Shown here: in pieces, positions 37,621-52,780 of the stretch
Layout of the letters: each line of letters opens with the position of its first letter
Position numbering within the stretch: position 1 is the first letter of the stretch
Assembly: GCF_030684315.1 (NCBI RefSeq)
Contig: NC_081394.1
Location: 11,576,658 to 11,640,657 of the forward strand
From: Stegostoma tigrinum
Lineage: Eukaryota
Direction: 5' to 3'
DNA: 64,000 nucleotides
Translations under genes and position numbers: made by a program
The notes under the pieces: model-generated
Seen by the model: only the letters and a program-made list of their open reading frames with translations
Database searches by the model: none
What the model was told of the DNA's origin: nothing

Positions 37621-40599
37621 TAACTACTTCTTTTCTAGACAAAAATAATTGTGATCAAAACTCTGTGCAATTCACCAGGAACATTTAAACAATTGATGTC
37701 AAAACAACCTTTCCACATGACGTGACAGAAGCAATTCAGATGTACGTCATAGTTCTTTCATGTTTCTTCACATCATTGCTATTAGACAGTTGTTGTTTGA
37801 CAATTATCTCAAGGCATCATGCAAAGCTGTAGACAACAAACGGCTCAGAAAACTCTGTAAACATATTTGAGCCAGTGAAAATGTAAACAGACATAAGGTA
37901 ATTCACAGAATGTTAAAACATTCAACAGCTCTCAACATAAAACCTCAACGACTTATTTAAACTCCCATCTCTTAAATCCTGAAAAAAAACTAAATCTGAG
38001 TCATAGCATTTACATTAAAACAAAGGCTGAGTATCTCTTCTGTTCAGAGGAGTATAGGAGCGGGAATAGACAATTTAGCCTCTTGAAACTGTCACACTGT
38101 TCAATACTTGATCTTTAGCCTAAATCTATTTTCCAACTTTGGGTTCATATCTCAATGAATATGATCAACTACAGTTAAAACGAAGAAAGAAACAACTTCA
38201 ATACGCCTGACATTTTCAATTTAACATTAGCAACAGATTGAGCATGCACTACATGTTCTGGAAAATAGTTTCAAACATCTACTATCCTTTGTGTGTGGAA
38301 ATGCTCACTAAATTATCTCGTGAATGATCTGTCCATAGTTGTCAGACTGTGTCTGTTAGAATCTCAAGTTCGTGCGTTTCATTTTGATTTACCTACCCGA
38401 TCTGTTCCTATTATTGTCTTGCAGAGTTCAATCAGATCATAATTTAGCCTTCTATACTCTGGGGAAAAAAAACAGGCCCAATTTGAGTAATTAATTTTCA
38501 TAACAACCATTGGCATCGATATGTTTTTCTATAATCTCTCATCATTACTTAAGCCCTAAAGTTCATATATCCTTGGGTCATATCACATGATGTCGAATAA
38601 CCTACTGATACAGCTGATGAGACAGTCAAATCTTCAAATTCTGCGAGAAAAGTTATTCACAAATCTGGGTGAGGTCATATAAAAAATGCCAAGTACTCAC
38701 TTGATAATGGTTATTCTGTCCTGCAGGAGGTCCATGACCGATTGAGTACTTTACAATTCCTTGTTCTATCTCTCTTCTCTTTCATTCAACGGCTCCTGTT
38801 GTTAATAGTCAGTTAATCACGTTCCATGTGTGGAACTTTTCAAAACACCCTGGAGAGGGTTGAGGAAGAAATCAGGCAGGGAGCATTCTAAAACTCGAAA
38901 ATGGCTTCACAGGTCTTGCTCCTTCTGCTCGACAATACATACCTGCTCCCTGGCAAGATATCTGGAGAGAGGGGTAAGGTAACTCCAATTTAGAAGAATT
39001 TTGGATGAGCCCGAATATTTCATTCCAGTGATCATTAGTTTCTCATTTGGGTATGAGCCAGAAGAGCAAGGCTGTGATTCTGGACAGTCCATTGGCTCAA
39101 TCCTAATAGTATAGCCTGATATCCTTTCGACAGCCCGTGCTGAGGTAAATCGAAGTGCAAAGAGAAATCCATGCTGTTGGAGTATCAGTATTGATGGGTC
39201 AATGTGCATTTGATGAGTTAGCGTCGAATAGACACTTCACTCTCAGAGAACACTGTCAATGTGTAAGTGCTGCAGTGAAGAAGAACTGCATTGCTAACTG
39301 GTGAGTAATAAGAGAACGATATGTAATTTCAGAACCATGGTGGACGGGATACTGGATTATCTGAGGCCCAGTAATAAAGGGAAAAAGCCAAGTATAGTTC
39401 GAAGAGAATGTAACTGGTCAGACAGTTCACAGAGTGTTTGTTTACGAGTAAAGGATTTGCTGCACTGCATTATTAATGAGTCAGTGCCAAATCAGTGTGG
39501 CACCACTGGTGTTTTAAAGCTGACTAAGCCAAGAAAGTTTGGATGTCCCACTTGCAAAATTGTCCTAAAATGAGTATTCTTAATATTCATATCTTGCTAA
39601 GCCTGAGAACATCTGAAAACATCTGAACTCAAATCAAATCATCCTGCAAAACTAATGATGTATCACAAATATAGAGCGACTGCAGATGATCTGTGTGATT
39701 GATCTAACATTGTGCCAGGATGGTTGAAAGTTGAAATGTTCGGGAAGGCCAGTGCATGCCAACCCCAACCTGCATGGACAGAGTCTCAGATTCCTGGAAG
39801 CAGTCGTCAGTGAGACGAGGGACTTATTCTGCTGGAAAGACTGCAACCTGTCACTTTTCACAAGCACCATGTAATAAATATGGTTTGTACTGCCTGCAGC
39901 CAGCACAAGGAATTTCAAGCACTATGGTTTTGTCGTATTGCTTCATGCTGATAATTTCAGACGTACATCAAGATACTTTGTGTGTGTCTGTCCTGCGCCA
40001 ACCCATCACACCTGAATGTAACAGTGCAATATGAAAACAGTTGTGGAATCCAGCTGCACAATGTTCCTCCTTCTTGCAGGATGTATGCCCAGGGTTGCGA
40101 ATGAGATCGTTCTGTTTCTAACCGAACAGATGGAAATGTTTCTTCACGTAACAATAACTAGCTTGTCACATCCTCCTGCAGGACAGTCGCACAATCCTAC
40201 AGGGAAGTATAGGTCAGTCGGCCATGAAATCTGACAGTTACCAGCCATACACACTGTGATGGATGTCGACGTGTGTGGCACAAATAGAGAAGTTTGGGTG
40301 CTGGTGCATGCAGCATTTTGTGGATATCAAATTATGGAGGTGGCATTGTCATGAATATGATGAAGGATTTGTGAATGGATGTGCAGTGTGGAAGTTCTAG
40401 TCAGAATGAATCTAAGAGCACAAGGAACCATATCAGTTTGACTCTTTCAAAAGCCCGAGCTTGCCCCATGATATTTCAAGGTCATGGCTGATAAATTCAA
40501 GGTCTCATCTCCAATTGAGCTGTGGCCAAAATTGGCACAACCTACAGTGGGATGCTGTTTTCCCATCAATCCTCCCTGATTGTTTCTTTTTTACATCGT

Positions 40600-42460
40600 G
40601 AAGACTTCTTCTGGGAAAACAAGGTGTGGAGCATGAAAATAAACAGCAGGCCAGGCAACATCAACGGACGACGAAAGCTGATGTTTTGGGTCTGGGTGTT
40701 TCTTCAGCAATGGTGGAAGGAAAGGAGGCTCTGTAATAAAAGAGACGGGGAGCAGTGATAGAAAGTGGATCATGGAGCAGATATTTGGGAGAGATGACAG
40801 GCAGGTCAAGGAGGCTGGGATAGAACTGGTAAAGTTAAGTGTAGGTCATAAATCAGTGTGGGGTTGTTCAGCGAGGAGGGAAGGGTGGAGAGGAGGAACA
40901 GAATATGGACAGGTCAAGGAAGCAGTGATGAAGCTAGTAAAGGTAAGTGTGGGTAGGAAGTGGGCATGGGGCTGGTCAGTGAAGTAGGAGGAGCTTTTAC
41001 AGAGGAGAGAATATGGTCAGTTCAAGGAGGCACGGATGAGGGGATCTGGTCTTGGAAAGAGGTTGTGATTGGGGAGATTTTAATGCCAGTAAAGTTAACA
41101 TTGAGACTATTTGGTTGTCGAATTCCAAGGTGGAATATGAGGTACTGTTCCTCCAATTTCCGTTTCGTGTGATCCTGGAGGATACCCAGAATGGACATGC
41201 TGCTCAGGGAGTTGGAGGGGAAATTGAAGTGGTTTGCGACTAGGAGTTGTTTCTGTCTGTCCTGAACTGAACGTAGGTGCTCCACAAAGCAGTCTGCGAA
41301 ACTCCACTTGATGTCTCTGATGTAGAGGAGGCCAGACGGGACAATGGAGACAATGGGCCACACTAGTAGGTGCTCAGCTGAACATATGTTTAATGTGAAA
41401 AGCTTTTTGGGGCCTGGGATTTAGGGGATGGAGAAGGAACGGCGGCAAGTATAGCACCTCCTATGGGTGCAGGGAAAAGAGCCATGTTAGGTGGGGCTAG
41501 TGGGAAGTGTGGAACAGACAAAGGACTCATGGAAAGAGACATCCCTCTGGAAGGCAGATAAGGGTGGGGAGGGAAATATATCCTTCAAACAGACGTCAGA
41601 TTTCAGCTGGCAGAAGGGGCAGGGAATGATGCATTGAATCTGGACGTTAATGTGTTGACACATGAGGGCAACGGGAATTCTGTCTTCTTTGTTATTGTGA
41701 GCAGGGATTGTGAGGGCTGATGTGTGAGAAATGCAAGAGATACAGTCGAGGACGTTTTCGATAACGGCAGGGGGTGGTGGTGTGGGGTATGGTGGTGGAA
41801 ATTGCATTACTTGAAAAACTAGAACATCTGAGTAGTCTGGGACTGGAACACTTCACCATGGGAGCACATGCAGCGGAGTTGGTGGAATTGGGAATCGGAT
41901 GCTAAATGGAAATTGGGTGAGTGGACGTGAAGTCTCAATAGTTGTTCGAATCAGTGGACTTCAAATAGATACCGGTTTCCAGGTGGTCACCAGATATGGA
42001 GACAAAAAAAAATCCAGGTAGGAAAGGGAGGTACCACAGACGGTCCAGCTTAATTTGAAGCTGGGGTGAAAGGCCTCAGTAAAGTTGATGAACCGTTCGA
42101 GATCCACTGGGGAGCACGAGGCGACAGCGATACAGTCATCGCTCTAACAGAGGAAGAGGTGGGGATCATGCGAGTGCAGTTATGGAAGAAGGACAGTTCC
42201 ACGTATCCTACAAAGAGGCAGCAACAGCTTGGGCCTGTGTGGTTCCCATGGTTGCCCCTTTCATCGGTAGGAAGTGGGTGGAATTGAAGAGGAAGTTGTT
42301 AAGTGCACTGACGAGTTTGATTAGGCAGATAGGGGCATCAGTGAAGAGGGACTGGATGGGCCTGCAGGACAGTAAGAAGCAGAGGCCTTTTCAGCCATCT
42401 GCTAGGGGAATGCAAATACACAGGGCTTGGAAATCTGTGGTGAAGATGAGGTGTTAAGGC
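40600..42460 (-). mobile_element. Degraded Penelope-like (Neptune-type) retroelement
   Basis: GIY-YIG C-terminus GLLYIRDIK..FVEHLRSV..VANHFNFPS..RKLEEQYLIFHLGIRQPNSLNVNF (41022-41363); RT remnant LNNFLFNSTHFL..KGATMGT (~42240-42305); pLTR-like end at ~40600-40710. Absent from unit A. Confidence 0.85.
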
Positions 42461-45388
42461 CCTAGGAATGAACAGTTCCCACTACCTCTTCTCAGGCACT
42501 GTTGCCCACAACTCTTTCACTCCCATCACCTGCTCACACCACTACAGAAGTTTTCTAAGTAATCGGAGAAGGCTCAATATTTGCCCAGTCCTCACCTTCC
42601 TCCTCAGTACCTGAGGCCATGGCTGCATTTCCAAGTCACCCAAGGAGTTTTCTGCATTTCATTCAATCAGTTTCATTGAACGGTTTAGGATAGTCAGGGA
42701 TTATTTACATCAGTAATGAAGGTTGCATAATAACTTTGAATCCAAACCTTTTTTTCCTCGAATGCAAAAAAAAAATGTAATTTTGATCTTGTGTTGTTTT
42801 AAACTCAGCCTATCTGGCAACTGAATTGTAATATTTGTCAAAGTCTCTTATCTCCTCAATGCATTTCCGACTACATTTCCCAACCACACTCCTGAATTCT
42901 TGGCTATTATGCTGTCCTCTTATCTATTCATACTACCTCGTTTTTCAGAAACTCTCTTTACTTTCCAAGGAGCTGTAGCCCCCCTTCCTGGAAACCTAGT
43001 AATGTTTCTACTTGAACACTTTTGACTAAATCCAAGGCCTTGCGCCTGCTTCCACCGAGCCCGGTGTCCTCTCTCTCAAAATTCAATGTTGAGAGTATCC
43101 ACTCCCACAATCACCTATCAACACATTGGCCTTAGTGTCTGCTCAGAGAAACATCCATCACGTGTAAGTCACAGAGATAAAAAAATGAGTGAAATTGAAA
43201 AGGAGTAAGTAGAATGTCATTGGGAAAGCTGATATCAATCTGAAAATGTTGATGGATAGCGAGTGACAGTCAATTGTGCCATGGTGCCAGTTTCAAATAC
43301 GTAGTAAGAAAGAAAGCACGACTAAAATAGTGCATTCGATCACAAAGCATTGACAAGTGGTTCTTTTCGCATTCAATAAAAGTTTTTGCTTAAAGACATG
43401 ACCACAGCATTTTCTTTAAATATGCTTATTTACTAAGTAAGAATAAAACATGTGGTAACAAAGCAAAAAAAAGATAAACAATAACCTCATCTGCTTCATT
43501 CTGGGTCCCTACGATTGATTTTTCTTCTCGAGTCTGAGTTTCATTCCTGGGAATATTAACAATTCAGGGCTGAGTGAACTCCAATATCTTGCAACAAAAC
43601 TCTCCCTCTCGTACAGTGCCTCAAACAGCAAGTACAGAAAACAAACAGTCTTACTGTGTCAGCTTCTCCATTTGCTTGAATGCCTATACTCCTGATTTGG
43701 CTGGCTGGTTCGGCTGCAGAAATGTTATCCATGAGAACTATACGGCAGCTTTTGTAAATAAGTGCCCTCTCATTCTAAATGGAGTAGTGAGCAAGGAGCA
43801 TGACACTGAACTCGATCTCCCCAGAATTTGTTTCATCAGGATCGTTGCTGCCAGTGGCCAGTGGGGATTACATTTTATGCCCTGTGCCTAGTGTGAAAAT
43901 AAAGGTAACTGGCAGGAATCTGAGACAAGAGAATCAGACAACAAGACAACAGGAAAGACAACTCCTGCTGATTTATCTCTTTGTGAGCTTTCGGTGGAAT
44001 CAACATTTGTAACTGCATTCAGCTCATTTGCCAGTTGCAGAGTGAAAAATAAGTATTGAAGGAGGCATTGAAAAACATCAATGACGATCTCCTCCAGTCT
44101 TGGTATTGAAGATTTTTTAAAAATGTAACCTCGTCAAGCTTAATCTGTCGTTTGTTGTGTCGAAGGCATTTTTCACTTGAAAAAACCATGAATAAGAAAC
44201 AGATTTTTTTGACATTTCAACATGTCAAAACTTCATTTCTTACTGAATTATACTCCAAACCCTATGCTAAACATATTCTTCTGTAAATCTGAAATTCTAA
44301 GCTTTCCTTAATCTGATATTTATGTGTGACATGCTCCAATATCTAGCAGTTTCAATTACTTCAGATTTTAATCTCTGAATCTTACCAGAATTTGAAACAG
44401 ATAGGATGTTTCTGAATTTTTTTAACTGTCTCTCCTAGTAAACAACATTAACTAGCATCTGGGATTGTTAAACATTGTCAAGGATTATACATCTTTCCAT
44501 ACTGTGGACGTCAGATTTTGCTTATATTCCAATGTCTGAGATGCAGAAGGTTGTGTGCTTCTTCTATTTTACTTCAGTTGCAGTTGTCCTGTGTCTCATG
44601 GTGATTGTCAGCTGGCGAGGTATCTGATGATGTTTTCCATTTTGAGCCCTATTGCTTGAGTGTATTTGGAAATGGCATCGACTGACAGACAACTGCCATG
44701 TCCATTGGCTCGATAATTGTCGTCATTCACATACCCATGCACCATGGCGACTGAACCATAAATCAACGGAAATATCATGAGGAATAACGCATTCCGCGAA
44801 TTCTCAACCAGGAAGTGGACAGCCAAAATTTCTAATATGCCATTAATGATGTGAACCTGGTCTTCCAATCAATAATTAAGCACAGAACCAACTGCAATGG
44901 TTAAAGAAAGTTTGATCAGACCATCTCAGATTTCTCCGAGTACAGAAGGAACATATCCTACACCCCCAATAGTCGATCATTCTTAATGACAGGAGCTCTC
45001 CTTCTACTTTTACTCATGTTAGTCACTAGGTTATAATTCTCTTACCTCTGTGATGAGCAAAAGGGCACACCTCAAATACCTTAGAGAACAATAATGTCCA
45101 GAGGCGACAATAAGATGGAGGGACCAGCTGTGTTTCCTGACTTATTTTTCACAGCATAAGCTGCTCCTCCCGTTGAGAGCCATTTGTGAGAGCCATTATC
45201 TCTTTCCTAACCCAAGGTGACAGGGCATTACTTTATTTCTGTAACTCCAATGAGGATCAGGCAAAACAGCTATGTTTGTGCAAATTTTCTGACTTTTTAA
45301 CTAATAAGAAAAATCACATCGACTGTATGCTAAATGTGATCAAAAATCAAAAATTCTCCATAAACTCAATTTTTGAACAGGTACATCA

Positions 45389-46280
45389 TTATTTGGCTTG
45401 GAATTTTAAAGTAAATAAATGCAGTAGAATGTTCTTCAAATGCTTTCTGAACAATTTCTGAATCACAACATAAATACAAGTATTTGTGCAACAGCTCAGG
45501 AGCTGCAGCAAGAATCCAATATCTCGCCAATATCGATTTAACCATACAGCATACCCCAATAACTTCATCCGCTGCCATAATGTCGAAATCAACAAAGTTG
45601 ACCATAATAGAATAAAATTAGCAGATATCAAGAAGAGTAAAATTATGGATCTTCTTCTATTCTCCATCTCTGCGTCTCTGATGTTCCTTACATTGCTCTG
45701 AGTACGAAGTCTCTTGCGGACATTGGATTTCATTAAAATGTGTTTTGCTGTCAGTGCATTCAGCAGTAGAATAAGGAGAAATGGTATCACTGGGGTAAGG
45801 ATGTAATAAGCAAACTCGATGGAGCCCCAGACTAAAGATAACTGAACACCTGGCGAGACATAAGAAAACCAGGGTTCTTTATGAAGCCGATACAAATCTG
45901 TAAACATAAAATACCAGGAAATATTCTTCAAACCACTCAAAACAGCCATTGATATGAGAACTACAGATGCTGTTCCCTCAGTGCAGTAGCTACTTTTCAG
46001 CTTCTGCAACAAAGCACCACAAAACGATCAAAGGTGAAAGCGACAGTGAACCATACAGAACAATCAATAGCTATGTATAGCAGGACTGCATGGATATTGC
46101 ACAAAGGGATAGCCATAACAAAAATAAACTGTTCCCTAAAAACAGTTGGAATATGTCTCAACATCAGGTCCAGGATAACAACGAGTATATCTGCCACTGA
46201 CATGGCCACCAGGTAATGAGTAATCCATCTGGAGAGACCACACTTTCCCTCAGACAGGATGACAATCGTTATAACGTTGA
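45389..46280 (-). pseudogene. GPR139/GPR142-like GPCR copy B, exon 2 (frameshifted)
   Basis: Acceptor TTCTCTACAG|TCAAC at 46281. The 7TM sequence is split between ORFs 45997-46209 and 45389-46012 by a 1-nt deletion after DRFVVLCC (~46006). The ECL2 Cys (WFC to WFS) and TM6 Pro (WSP to WST) are also lost. Confidence 0.88.
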
Positions 46281-49200
46281 CTGTAGAGAAGAGAATAAGA
46301 GGAAAATTATACAGCAGCCTGTGATTAAAATTCCCATTTTGACTCAGGTGTATTTCATGGTGTCATAGAGTTGCAGTTGCACAGCATGGAAACAGACCCT
46401 TTGATTTAAACTTGCCAATGCTATTTGGATAACCCATATAAATCTTGTAACATTTCCAGCCTTTTGCCCCTATCCCTCCCTATTCATAGCAATTCAGACG
46501 CGTTTCAAATTGTTGTATTTGCACCAGCCACCACCACTTCTTCTAGCACTTCCTTCTCGACATACAACAAACTGTGTGAGACATAGCTTCTCCTTTAGTC
46601 AATTTGAACTTTTTCCTCTATAACCTTAAAAATATGCCCTGCAGTTTTGGACTCACGTAGCCTGGTAAAATGGTATGGGCTAGTCACTCTACGCATGCCT
46701 CCAATGATTTCCTAAACTCCTATGAAGTCACTCCTCAGTCTTCGACACTGCAGGGAAGATTGTAACAGCATTGTCCACGTCCCCATGTAGCTTATATCCT
46801 CCAACGCTAGAAACATCCTTTTGCATCCTTTCTGAACTCTTTCAAGTTTCAGAAATACTTTCCTGTAGCAGGGAGACCAGAACTGAAAGCAGCATTCTAA
46901 AATTGGCTGAACGAATATCCTGTATAGCAGAAACATTGCATTCCAAATTCTATTCTCCACGCATTGACCAATAGACACAAGCCAACCTAATATCTTGTTC
47001 ACTATCCTGTCTACTGGTGAATCCTATTTCAAGGAACTGTGATCCTGCACTCCAAAAACTACTTGTTCAGAATTACTCCCCAGGACGTTTTCATGATATA
47101 TATGCATTCATCAAGTGATGGATTGAAATTTGCCTTCCTGAAACAACAGATATGACAGACTGTGATACGTTAGAATTCAAGTGTTTTGCATGGCACAGAG
47201 CGTTGCACAAAATATTTTAGCAAATATTTCAGGGTGATTTTCTTCTCTGTAATTTAGCTCCATGCTTTTAGAAGCAGTTTGATCAATGATACTTCCAGTT
47301 CTGCCGGGGATAATATGCATCAAAGACTAATAAAGGGACTTCTGTTACCATAGCAAATTGCATGATGTACAGACAGTAAATGTTTTTGTTTCAGGTTTTC
47401 AGCGTTTCCAGCATTTAGAACTTTTGTCCACGTTGTGTGTCAGAACAAATCTAAGTATCTCTCATGTTTTATAATCAGCACGGATTTGAATAATATGAAA
47501 ATCGGAACGAAATAACCAGTGAAGCAAATTCTCATAATCATCAATTATACAACTTTAAACAAGCGACCCCCTTCTGGTTGTACTACCTTGATTAATGGTA
47601 AATGTTTGCATCCAGAACCTGAGACTGCTTGGGAAGTGGGATGCAGTCGGTGGGTTTATGTGCTTCCTATTTGTTCTGTTTCACTATTCTCACGACCATC
47701 AAATCCCTCCACGCTTCAAAACTGGAAAAAAAAATGTTAAGCTGCAGAGTAACCACGGCTCTCAAAGTTAGTTTTCAACCTACATTTATAACAGGCACAC
47801 CTGGAAAGAAGCTATCTTTCAATAAACAACATCTGTACCTTAGTTGCTACAAGTGACGATGTGTCCTGTACGAACACTTACCAAGGAGAACTGAGACAGC
47901 CAGGACCTTCTCTATGCAGCATTTTTCGCTTTCACGAGTTTGTAGCAAAACTGTTACTTATGACTTAGTCATTCAACATGACACTGTACAATAAAACCTT
48001 ACAATTAATGCAAATAGTACACTCAGATAAAATTAATAAACACAGGAATAAAAATAAAGAGAACCGACAACTTAATTTGTCAGTTGTATTTTTCTTACTG
48101 ATGCACATTTTTCTCCTCTGCTTTGGATTCCTACCTGTTCTTTCATCTCATTTGAAATATCTTTCACTCCAGCAGAGTTTAATCAACCATTTGCCCAAAT
48201 GACCGTGAGACTGAAAGAAAAAAAATGATGATTGCCATTGATGAAAACGTGTCCACAACAGCTGAGTCTTAACCTTGAATTAGACCTCGAGGCACAACCA
48301 CAGGAGTCCTTTGTACAGGTGTACATTCTAATCAACATGGTCAGTGTCGTTGCAGAACAACTGTGGCCTTAAACACAGCTGTGCTGTTGCAGAAGAAGGA
48401 CCCCAAACCACTAACAAGAGTAACTCACTTTTCTGAAAGGAGCATTCAGGATATCCCATTCATATAACTTCCAAATTTTCAGTGATATTTATGATAGATC
48501 TTGGGAATGGATATGATGAGAATATGGGACTCCAATTACCAGACGCATAGGTAGTAACACTCACCACTCCATAACAGGAATCCTGCTAAATTAGGTAATA
48601 ATAATTATAATAACAAATATACTATAACAAAAGCTATCTTACTCAGCAATCTCGTTGCACAACTCTGAAGCAGTGGGACTTGTTCTTTCAACTTACAGTC
48701 CAGCCATCGGCACATTACCATTGCACCACAAAAGTCCTAACATTGCAATGTCCTAAATTAGTTGATGACGGCTGATGCAAATGTTTCAACGGATTCACAG
48801 ACAACTAACAATGTTAATCAGACCACCTGTTTTATCAAGCAATAGACTATTTTGTAAAGTTTCTTTACACAAACAGGCACTACGTACGAATTGAAACTTA
48901 ACATTTTATTGGGATGTCATTCTGCCTAATCCTTTACGGTGAGGTGCTTTTTCAGGTATCCAGGCAATGTCTAGTTTTACACATTAACTTTAACAATATA
49001 TAAATGAAGATTTTAGCCAGTATGTGCTCGGAGAATTTGTCATGTGAGGCACCTGGAGATGAGATGTGCCTGCGTTCGGGAGATAACATCTTTCCTTTCA
49101 GTTTTGAAGCGTGAATGATCTGAAGCCATAAAAAAGAAACTTGGTACAGATTTAATATAAGTGCAGTGGAACAGAGTGATATTCCCCTTTTGTCTTTCAC

Positions 49201-51314
49201 ATCTACGTTGTGACAGAACAGCCCCGCCAGACACTTCATCAAGCGAATCAGTGAGCAATGCAATTAATAGTAGTATGCTACGTAATCGTCAGTGAGCTGT
49301 GTTAACTCTTGAGGGGAAAAATAAAATCAGCCTTTTGGGCCGGGATAGTGTAAAATGCCGACGACAGCAGCACTGGAAAACGTCTGTGCCTTATAAATGG
49401 ATAAACAGACCTATTGGAAATGTATTGGCATTGTGGAATCTAAAATAACTGAATAGATTGGAGAAGTGATGATTGAATCGCTGAGAAAATAACACCTCAC
49501 GGCAAATTCGATAGTGAACCTGAAATGTTAAAGGCCATAACTAAATTATCGATGCACTTATTTTTCTCATGAATGTGTGCTTGACTAACAAGAGGAACTG
49601 AGTTGCTGTGTGTGGAAATCTTTTGTCTGCAATAGCATTGTTTTTCAGCAAGGGCTGCTTAACAAATATCAGGCACAAACGTGGAATCTGAAAAAATGCA
49701 TTCCTTAAATGTAAAATTTGTTGATGTCAGAGTAAATGAAAAGTTGGTTCAGGAACTTTAAAGTTTGAGTAAACACGTTATTAAATATTCAACTCTGTTT
49801 CAGCATTTTCAAATGGGGAGATTAAATGTTTTACTCAGAAAGATTGTGTGGAACATGACACAAGGCAAAGTTGAGGAATTGTCTTACAGTCACGAAACTA
49901 TTAATCCAAAGACGCAGGGAATGTCTTGTCAATGCGGGTTCGAATTCTGCCGCAACAGAGAGAGGAATGTTAACTCAATACAAATGCAGAATCAAGAGTC
50001 AAACAATGACTGTGAATTGATTGTCAGAAGAAACCGAACTGCTTTGGGAATGTCCTTTAGGAAAGAAAGCAATCATCCTTAACTGACCTGGCTCTCAAAA
50101 TGCCGTTTGGGCAATTAGGGATTAATGGTAAATGCTGCCCTAGCCAGCAACGAAATCATCCCATAAATGATGCTGGTTTAAATAAGGGGAATGGCATCAA
50201 GAAATCAAAATCAAGGCTTCAATGTCAACGGTAGGACTAGAAGGTGACCTTTCAGAAAGTTGTCTCAACTGCCGCAGTGATACTGTTGTCTTCAAATACA
50301 CCAAGTACCTTTCTCTTGTCACCAAATCAAAAACAAATTAACAGTTTCTCACTGGTAGTGGGTGCTTGTTTCACTGTGCAACATGGTGATGTTTGCCGCT
50401 ACTTTGGATTTGTAACTTAATCTGGAAGCATAGACCCAACGTGAAGGAATCAACTTAACAATTATGTTTAATTTAATTTGAGTAATTATTAGAAAATTGC
50501 ACTTGAAATGCTATTTACTTACTTCAGTTACCTGAACGACTAGTCTGTCATGCCAACTTAATGGCAATGGCATGGGTTCATTGTCTGAGGATACTGTGAA
50601 GGACTCTTCTTCTCGACTTCTTTCTCAATCTAACAATGACGATACTCAGGCTAAACCATCACCAGCTCTCCCTCTCAAATCAGATTGTATACCAGGATGT
50701 TTCAGTCTGTGGAAATCGCTCTACGAAGGAGCAGCTCACTAAAAGCTTGTGATTTCAAATAAACATTATGTAGTATAACCTGGTGTACTGTGATTTCTGA
50801 CTTTGTCCGCCCCATTCCAATACTGACACCTCAACATCAGAACTTGCTATCTGAGACTGAAAATGTGTAAAGAGTGCATCGGTTGGTGTTTGAGGATGGA
50901 GGAATAAAGGATACAACTCAGTATTACAGGACTGGTGGCAGGAGTATAGAGGAATACACCTACATTGTGAAAATAATGTAATCTGTGCTGAAAGAAAAAT
51001 GACAAACAATAATTTTCAATGGAATTGATTGGAAAGTGTAGCAGGAGTTACGGATTTGAAGAACAATGAAAGTCCTAATCTGTTATCTGAAAAGATAATG
51101 TGTTGTTCAGAGTTTTAATGGTTGCATGTCAAAGGTATAGGTAAATGCTACTCACCTATTGCCTTCCATCTTTCACTGGCACATCAGCAAACAAAAAATA
51201 TAAGTATATCTGCCAATTTCCAGTATGAATTAGAATTAACTGCGATTAGCTACAGATTTCCAAAATTATTCAAAGACACAAAAATGTTCCGTTGCTGCAA
51301 ATGATTACTGTTTA

Positions 51315-51720
51315 GATTCACTACAGTGTGAAAACAGGGACTTCAGTACAAGAAGCCCACAACGCCCCTTGGAGCATCCCACCCACACCCTTCCCCCGAC
51401 AAACCATACGCCCCTGAATACAATGGGCAATTCAGCAAGGCCAATCCACATAACCTGCACATCAAACATAGAACAAAACAATGGAGAACAGCCCCTTTGG
51501 CCCTCGATGTTGCGCCGACCTGTGAACTAATCAGGGCCCACCCCCCTACACTACTAAGTTATCATCCATATAGACATTAATGGACTGTGGGATGGAACCC
51601 ACGCACACAAGGGGAGAATGCGTAATCTCTGTACAGACAGATGCCCGAGGCTGGAATTGAACATGGGTCCTTGGCTCTGTGAGACTGTAGTGCTAACTGC
51701 TGAGCCACCATGCTGCACTG
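51315..51720 (-). mobile_element. HE1-like SINE containing a nested CR1 3' tail (~51465-51575)
   Basis: Minus-strand head gcatggtggctcagcagttagcact...catgttcaattcc. The internal acatagaaca..ggccctcgatgttgcgccgacctgt matches the tail of the CR1 at 17883. Confidence 0.7.
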
Positions 51721-52454
51721 TGGTGTGTTGCTCTTGATTTAGCCCACTATAACAGTTCTTCTTAAATGTAATTTCTTCTCCTCAGGGAGAATTTGCACTC
51801 AAGTAATACCATCCATTCAGACCATTGCATTCCGACTAAATAGTATTCGAACTGGAAATGTTACCACTGCCACGTAATTGGGATTCCTGAAATGCTGACA
51901 AAACTCAAGTGAGATCGTCAGCCGATAGTAAATAAGAACAGAACTAGTTTGTTGAGGCCCTCAAGCCCACGCCACCAGCTAGACAGTTGATAAGCTGATT
52001 GCCGACACTTCTCCAATTTCCTGTTCTTTCCAGTAATCCTTGATTCCCCTCCACATCTGTTTCAGCCCTTAATGATACACATGATCTCGCTCCACTCCGC
52101 ACTACATCCATGGCTGCCTATAGCAAGGAGTTCCAGCATCATGGGACCCGCCTTCATTCTTCCCCGTGTTTTGTAACAGCTCAGGATGTTTTCTCCATTT
52201 GCTATAGCTGGCCTCCAACACCATCCGATGCATTAAAGGACAATACATGAAATGAAATACAATAAATGAAAAGCTGATGCATGTAAAGTAAAATAAAGCT
52301 TACCATTAAAGACAATTACATTGCTGTCATGAAACAGCGGTGAGGTTTCCTCTTGTGTTTGCTGTAATGAAATAGTCCAAATGAAAATGTCCTGCCTGAC
52401 TGGCATTCACTTGCCATTATCCTCCTGCATTACATAAAGGTACGGCAGTATTCC

Positions 52455-52780
52455 TAGAATCCCTACAGTGTGGAAACAGAACCTTCAGCCCAACAGGTCC
52501 ACACCGAATCTCAGAGCAACCCACCCAGACACGTCCCCTGACACATCCCAGAGGCATCACCTACTCTACACATTCCTGAACACTCTGGGCAGTTTAGCAT
52601 GATGGATTCACCCTACACTGCACATCTTTGGAGTGTGGGAGTAAACCAGAGCACACAGAAGAAATCCTTGCAAACATAGGGAGATTTCACACACTCTACA
52701 CAGGCAGTGCCCTGAGCTTGGAATTGAACCTGGTTCACAGCGCTGTGAGACAGCAGTGCGAACCACTGCGCCACTGTGCT
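52455..52780 (-). mobile_element. HE1-like SINE
   Basis: Minus-strand head cacagtggcgcagtggttcgcactgctg...ccaggttcaattcc and tail ctgtttccacactgtagggattcta. Confidence 0.75.

Noticed and set aside
38907-39209. 100-aa ORF in unique sequence
   Set aside because: No recognisable motif, splice context or paralogous conservation.
44608-44868. 86-aa ORF in B-specific sequence
   Set aside because: No recognisable homology; cannot be supported as coding.
51650-51715. tRNA-like A/B boxes (also at 52715-52775 and 1860-1925)
   Set aside because: These are SINE heads, not tRNA genes; no full cloverleaf is evident.
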